Positions 56,882 to 64,000 of a stretch of 64,000 nt of DNA are shown in pieces. This DNA comes from the human T2T-CHM13v2.0 reference genome, Homo sapiens. Positions within the stretch are counted from its first letter, which is position 1, and each line of letters starts with the position of its first letter. The notes below the pieces were generated by a model. It did not search any database, was not told the DNA's origin, and saw nothing but the letters and a program-made list of their open reading frames with translations. The stretch lies in NCBI RefSeq assembly GCF_009914755.1, contig NC_060938.1; one strand, given 5' to 3'. The translations under genes and the position numbers were made by a program.

Positions 56882-59419
56882 TTACAAACACTTTCTTCTT
56901 CCTCCTCTATCCCTAAGCAGGTTCAAGTAGCAATATCTTTCCTTTTTAGGGAGAATACTATTCTGGTTATTTTCAAAACCTATTATTATAATAAATACTA
57001 TATGCGAGGCCTTGTGCTAAGTGCTCTATATACACTATCTCTTAAAATCGTCACTGTGATGACTAATGTATTATTTTCATTTCCATTTTACAAATGAGGA
57101 AAAATCCTAAGCTTAGGACACACAATCAGCAAATGGTATAAAGTGGAGATAAAAAGCCAGGTCTGTCTCCATAGCCTGTGCTAATAAACTGGAGCAATAT
57201 TTTCTTAGCTTTCTCTTCTTAAAAGACTGAAGTTCACATGCTATTTGGAATAAATACACAGAAAAGGGGCACAGGAAGTGGTGCAGAAAGAAGCACTTTA
57301 TAACTTATCAAGATAAGAGCACCTGCACTGCTTTTTTAAAACAAGGAAAAACCCTGCAATAATATAAAACCCCCAACTCTTTTCTGGCCCTGTTATTGCT
57401 AAAATGGACAAGTTGGTCAGGCACCACCTACGGACCATAGCAAATAAATCACTTTGGTTCAGTGGTGGGGAGGACATTATGCAACACTTCCCAGCACAGC
57501 CCTGGCCAGGATATTTTACGGCCAAGGCACCTCCTCCCCAGCTAGACAGCCTGGCTCCTTCACATTCCCCTCAGGAGATAGGGTGGAAGCTCACAGCTCC
57601 ACTTTGTAAGGCATAGAGGGCAGCTGAAAGTCCTGCTTGGCCTCTCTGGGCAACCACAGGCGCCAATAAATCAGCCACAGGCGATTCTCTCATTCCCTTC
57701 CCGGCTGAAACAGGAGCAAGATATAATGCAAAACAGCACTGATTGGACTTGAGAGATAAGCGATCTAGGCTTAAATTCTACTGCGAATGACTGTATTACC
57801 ACAGCCCAGGTAATGAGCCTGTTTCCTCAGGCTTGTAACATGAAGACAGTACCATCTCCTTTTTGGTAAAGACACAAAGTTCATCTACGAAAGCAGCTAG
57901 TATGATACTTGGCCCACTGCAAGTACTCAGTAAACAGCGGCCAACTTGAGCAGAATCCATCTCTACTACATGCAAATAAGACATTCAAGGTAGGACTGGA
58001 CAAAAAAGGTGTTAGCAGGTTACGTGGGTTCCTTTCTGTTTTCTTCCTGACCACACCTTGATATTTCACTGACTGCCAGCTCTCAGAATTAATCTGTTCC
58101 ATGTCATATCCCATCAGTGTTCTGTTCCCTATTAAGGAGTTGATGTCCGATAACGGATTCACGATTTACCCTTAACTAAAATATATCCAGATTGTTAAAG
58201 AAGACTTTGATGCCTTAACATAAGGAAGCAACCAATGCTGCAAATAATAGAGAACAGCAATGAAATTTTCAGGGGTGGCTGGGGGGTGTAGGCTTTTAGT
58301 TCCAAAAATACACCATAGGCGGCCTACCTCACCTAGAAATACCATCAAACCCACACAGTGGCCATGCCTGACTTCTCCATAAACTGAATCAAGCCAAGTA
58401 TATATAATGACCTCCGCCGGATACATTCTCTACAGGTGAGTGGGGTAAACTGGCACTGCGGTCCTGGCATGGTGGAGAGTGCAATCACCAAGGTGTCTGG
58501 AGCCTTGGAGTCTTAGCTATCAAGAGGTGTAGCTAGCTCCAGCTACATCACGCTCTTCAGGCCTGGTGTCTTCTCTGTAAAACGAGAGGGATGAAACAGA
58601 TTTTCTATAAGGCACCTCTCGGCTCTAAAATTTAAGATTCCAAAGTGTACTTTACATACATGACAGAATCTTGTGAGAGGATCAACAGCTCTGCCAGGAC
58701 TTGAGTCTCAAGAGAAAGAATGCCAAATTTAATCCCTTGGGGTGATGCGGGCGCTAACTGTTGAAACATGCTAGGTGCCGTCAGGTTCCAGGTACTACGT
58801 TGTGCTATGCGCTGCCTCCGCAACTGGTAACAACTGATTACTCCAAATACTGAGTGCCAGAGAAGACGGTGATAAGATGGGTCAAGCTTCAAAAAGAAAA
58901 ACCGGATATGCTTAGAACAAGATAAACATAATTTGAAGATAGAAAAGGGGGGGATGTCTTCTTGCCCTAGAAACGAGGTAATCACAAGCTGGGAGTGGAA
59001 ACAGTAGCCGCAGCGTCCTCCCAGCATCTGGAAAGTCGCCCGCTCGTAAGAGGGGTCGGCGCTACCCGAGGGAGGCCGCAGGCCTACTGGGGTTTCCTGC
59101 TGGGGGTCGCACCCGGACCCGCGGCCGGGACGGCTCTGCACCTTCGCGGCACCCCGTGTGCCACCCTGAATCAGGCCCCGGCAGCCGCTCCTACGAGCAG
59201 CAAAGGGTGGTTCTGGGTATTGTCGGCCCAGCGCTCACTCGCGGATGTATTTTCCTCCTGTGCCCTGCCTGACATCTCAATCGGACCAAAAACACCCCTC
59301 TCCCCAGCTACTTGCATCTGTCCCGCGACTGGTGCAGCTGCAGGCCGCCGCCCTGGGTGGCTCGCGGCAGGAGGGACTGAGCCCGGGGCAGCCCACAGGG
59401 GCAGGACCGCGTCGCTTAC

Positions 59420-59600
59420 CCAGATGCCGCCGCGGCGGCAGGCCGACTCCTCCGTGCAGGAGGGGCGGGCTCCCAAGCCGCGCACTGCAAGCAGTGGCGC
59501 CGGCTCACGCACCCCTCGGCCGCCTCTCGCGCGGCTTCCCGCGCCGGCAGCCCGCGATGGCCCCACGTGACCGCGTGTCTGGTAGCAGGGGAAAGAGGGG
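59420..59600 (-). other. ZBTB25: ZBTB25 non-coding exon 1 (TSS approximate)
   Basis: TGG|GTAAGC donor on - strand (cttac at 59415-59419) in the CpG island upstream of the first coding exon. Confidence 0.75.
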
Positions 59601-60524
59601 CGCCAGGGCCGGGGTGTGCGTGCGTGCGTGCGTGCGTACGTGCGCGCCCTCCCGCCCGCCCGCCTCAGTGGCCGGGCGGGGGTCGGCCCGCGCTCTGAGT
59701 GCCGCCGCCACAGTTCGCAGTTGTGACTCTGTAGGCGGAAGCATAGGGACAAGCCTGAGCGTCACAGGCTCCCCACAAACAACCGCGTGACCCGGGGACT
59801 TTCCCCAGGGTGTGCAAAAGCACAGGCACCCCCTCAGTTCTGGGGTGAAGGTGGGGGTGGGGAAGGATGCGCCCGCGTGTTCGCTGGGGAAGGGATGAGG
59901 GCGCGGGGCCAGGGAGGCCGAGCCGCGGGAGCCTGGGTGGAGAGGCGGACTGGGCGAGGTGGGGCATGGCGGGGGAAGTGACTCAGGGCCAGAGGCAGCA
60001 GGCCCACGGAAGGTGGGGTCGGGGGGGCGCGGGGACTGGGCGACCCTGAACCGACGGGGCAGGGCGAGGTTGCCGGAGCACTCGAGGCGGACCGCGAGTG
60101 ACGGCCCAGCTGCTGGGCCCAACGGGGCAGGGGTCTGACATCTGGACGGAGTGGGAAAGCAGCCTCGCATCCTGCCCTGGGGAGTCGGGAGGAGCCCAGT
60201 CCCATCCAGCTGTGCAAACAGGAGGAGGAGGAGGTCCCAAGCCTACCCTTGAGAGGGGCAAGAGGGGTGGTCAAGCCGCCGCCGCCGCGACGGCCCCCGC
60301 GGTGCGGGTTGCGCCAGCCTCCTCGGAGCTCGACGCAGAAACTTGTTGCAACAAACAGGCGACCGCGGGTGCCCCTAGCAGCCAGCGGCAGAGTGGGTGG
60401 GCGGGCGAGAGGGAGGGGAAGGCTGGCGGACGCCGCAGCGAACTGGTGGGCAGACCCGGAGTCGCCGCGTAAGCGGGGCCGGCTCAGTGCGGTGCGGCAG
60501 GCGCGGCTGTGCGGCAGCGGAAGT

Positions 60525-60706
60525 CCTTTGTTGCAGCACAGTCCCTGGCAGAGCCAGAGCCTCTCCGCGCAGCCCAGCCCGAGCGCCGAGCGCCGCGCGC
60601 CGCCGCCACTGCAGCTCGCGGCCCCTTCGCCTTCGCCCGCCTTTCCCGCGGCTGATTTGCCTTAAACTCCCTAAAATCTCCGCAGCTCTGGTTCCTGTTG
60701 CGGCCG
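60525..60706 (+). other. ZBTB1: ZBTB1 non-coding first exon (TSS approximate); intron 1 runs to the window end
   Basis: CCG|GTAAGT donor at 60707; ETS GCGGAAGT at 60517-60524; gene identity from known head-to-head synteny only. Confidence 0.7.
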
Positions 60707-61994
60707 GTAAGTATTTGCCAGTTGTGGGGCTATTTGCGCAACTTTGGCCCAGGCCGGAGGGCGACGGGCCGCGGGCCTGGCGGAGTGCGGAGCCGGAGGG
60801 GCGCCGATCCGTGCGGGGAGCCGGAGCGCGGCGGACGCGCTGCGAGGACCCGGTGACGGGCGGCTGCCAGGCCGCCTGCTTGTTGCCGGCGCGTCAGGTC
60901 CCGGGCGTGCGGCCTCCCTGAGTCGGAGGCGAAGCCCCTACGGAGACTAGTTCCCAAATTAGTTACCTTCTTTTCTTTCTTTCTCTGCCTTTATTTTTTT
61001 CGAGGGGGGAGGGGAGGTGTAGACGGGAGGCGGGAGAACCCGGTTGATTGACGTGCCTAGAGCCCGCTTCTCTCAACTTACAGCTGCGGCTCGGCGGCGG
61101 GTGGGAGGGGAAGTGTCCCGGAGCCCGAGGCTGCAGACTTGGGCGCGCTCCGAGGGAGGAGGCGTAAGATCCGTGCAAATTCTTGCTACGCTGTTTCCCA
61201 CCCCCTCTCGCCGGCACACACGCTTTTTGTTCAGTAAAAAGTGGAAGGTCTGAGTTTGGGAATTTTAAGTGGAAAAGATCTGTTTCTTGGCAAGGGAGTG
61301 CTTTCGCTTGCAGCGGTGGGCGCTTACTAGAAGTTCGGTAAATGTGTTGGATGCAGATCGGGAGTCGTTACTACTAAAGTATGTAGGCAGGGTCTGAGCT
61401 CAGCCACCCCACCCAGTCTCCCTTTCTACCTAAGCAACGCGTGTACATGATCTGAAGGGTTGACATGACATTTTCTAAATTGGGCGAATCAGGAAGAGGT
61501 TGATGAAAATCCTTGACGTTTTCTGGGGATAGGACATTTGTGTGTGATAACGTTCTTAAGTCGAATTTCAGTGTGGCAGTGCACGCAGATTCTTCATTGG
61601 TGTTAGTGTATTTCCATACGGTATGTATCAGTACAAGAAATAGTGTTCCCTTTGACACTCGAACCCAAGGAGTGGTCCGAGGCTTTTTGAGGCAACGTAG
61701 GATCAATGTCTCTGAAGCAGATTTGGTGAAGGATGCAGGTCTCATAATTTACAGAGCAATCACAGCCTTCTTTGAAACGGAGAAATTAGATTCTATGAAA
61801 TTTTGTCAGTGCAGATAGATATGATGTGGAGAAACGGGGAAAATTGAGTACAAAAAGATGAGGCTTGAATGATGGCTGGCCAACATTTGCTCAGAACCTC
61901 AAAACTTTGCTTTTGAATCACTTGCTGGATATCTAATAAAGTCTCAATAATAACTGGATGACTTTGGGAGCTAGAAAGGGGGTTCCTCCTCTTA

Positions 61995-62418
<424 letters not shown>

Positions 62419-64000
62419 TTATGAGCAAGCAGGCTTTCTCCATTAATACCACATTTTCATGGTATTGAATAACTCAGGTTGAACAGTCTTTCCTGAAGCC
62501 TTTCTATTCTTCCCACTCCTAATACGATGGCCTACTTTTTTGGGGTTTTTGTGGGGAAGGGACTGGTGTATCATTGTCAGAGAAAAGAGAAACCATATTT
62601 AACCAGGGCCTTAGCAGGGCATGAGCACAGTCACAGCCACTTGCTCTTGACCTTGTGCTTTGATTTCAGTTTAACACTTCTAAATTTTTGTACTGCTTCC
62701 TCATTCTCCTCTTTTGCCAGGCTCTGGGGAAGATATAGTTCATCGACCTTTTTAAGAGTATCTCGTTTTCTTTGTAGCATCATTTCCCTTTCTAATGTGC
62801 AGGAGAAAAGAAGTACCTGCTTTCAGACTTGCCCTCTAGCCAGGAAAAGCACTAAGCCTTTGGTGCAAAGGAGAGGAAACTATTTGGTATAGAAATACAG
62901 AAAAATTTCCATAGATTTTTGTTAATAAGCTGCAATCTGTTGTCTTCCCAAAAAAAATGAGGTATATTTGAGAAACATCTTCTTGAGAGGTCACTTTGGT
63001 CTCTATAGAATGTTTTCTCCTGACATTTTCTTCTGTGCTAGTATCTCATGCTAAAATGGTGAAATTATTTTTTCTCATATTCTTATGTGAACCAAATTAA
63101 GGGTTACTCGTGTCTATTTTTTCTCAAAATGGAAATGTTTTTTATTATAAAATCCATGCTCTTTGAAAAATTCAGCCTGTATTGAAGTACATAAAATACA
63201 AAAATGAAAGTCATTTTGACTCCCACTCCCCAGAGATAATCACCGTGTACAGTTAATTCCTTGTTTAAAACGAGAGAAGGCAACATTTGATCACAGCTGT
63301 GTGTGCCTCACTCTGCCTGGGGATGGCCTGTGGTGATTCATGGACTCATGTTCTCTGTTCACATTACTCAGGTTGGTAAGAATTGCCAGGTAGAGGAAAG
63401 GGGAGTGTTTTGCATTGGGCTGATTTAAAATTATTTGATTAACTGGGCTGCTATTTTAGGTTTGTCCTTATTAAATACTTACTGTATCATGGTGGGCTAT
63501 TTTTCATACTTTGTTCATGTTAATGTTGTTGCCCAGCCTCTGATGGATTGATTTACAGCAGCCAAACACATGAAAACAAAAGCAAACCCTCACCTTTATA
63601 GAGAGTTTCATAATTTATAATTAGGAAGGAGTGGGTATACTTGCCATGAAGACCACTGCCAATATATCCCTGTGCTGATATGGGATGGGGTTCCTCTTGA
63701 TCAGCACCAAAGATTGCATGCTGAACATATGGAAAGGAAATTGGACGAAAGAAGGGTCAATGACCGCTGTTTTCAGATGTGGCATGGAAGAGACTGATAC
63801 TGGGGAGGAAGCGGCAGGGTCTCACTCCTTAGCCATGTGTATTTAAGAAGAATGAACTGTGAAGAAGTTGATGATGATCTAAAAACAGAGCCCCAAAATA
63901 GTACATAGAAAGTTAATTACAACATTGGTTATTTGAGAGTGTTGGGGACGTGGGTGGTTTTTATACTACTCTGTCTTTGAATTTAAAATAGTTTTCAAAA

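Larger units (their letters stand above)
59000..61330. promoter_or_regulatory. Large CpG island: bidirectional promoter of ZBTB25 (-) and ZBTB1 (+)
   Basis: High CpG density; outward-facing donors at 59419 (-) and 60469/60707 (+); E-box, ETS, kB, AP-1 and GC-box motifs. Confidence 0.9.

Noticed and set aside
58632-61253. Many 100-220 aa ORFs on both strands of the bidirectional promoter
   Set aside because: GC-rich island artefacts crossing splice sites; no recognisable homology
61374-61818. Overlapping 123-aa (-) and 101-aa (+) ORFs in ZBTB1 intron 1, possible retrocopy or microprotein
   Set aside because: No recognisable protein similarity, poly(A) tail or TSD; would need BLAST or Ribo-seq support

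Overview
Human (primate) genomic DNA, Alu-rich and recognisable from its translated exons as the 14q23.3 MTHFD1-AKAP5-ZBTB25-ZBTB1 cluster. The + strand carries the last six coding exons and the terminal 3'UTR exon of MTHFD1 (C1-THF synthase, synthetase domain), then the complete AKAP5/AKAP79 gene: CpG-island exon 1, a single coding exon (427 aa) and a ~4.8 kb 3'UTR. The - strand carries the complete ZBTB25 gene (non-coding exon 1, two coding exons, 435 aa, BTB plus two C2H2 fingers). ZBTB25 shares a bidirectional CpG-island promoter with a + strand gene whose first exon and intron start here (ZBTB1 by synteny; no coding sequence in the window). The rest is about 50 Alus plus MIR, L1, MLT2 and hAT/mariner relics; most ORF-track entries are Alu or GC-rich artefacts. 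No CRISPR array, tRNA, rRNA or foreign insert was seen, and I cannot support a wholly new biological system. Best leads: (i) a strong - strand splice acceptor over MTHFD1 exon 24 that could give an 86-aa truncated ZBTB25 isoform, nesting AKAP5 in its intron; (ii) an in-frame alternative MTHFD1 C-terminus encoded in the 3'UTR exon; (iii) an Alu with an internal inverted duplication (hairpin); (iv) a TSD-flanked retrocopy of an LTR RNA 3' end; (v) unexplained 45-bp and 100-bp local direct repeats; (vi) AKAP5 uORFs, inverted 3'UTR Alus and stacked miRNA seeds. Exon numbers and repeat subfamily names are from memory, not from a search; repeat boundaries are approximate.
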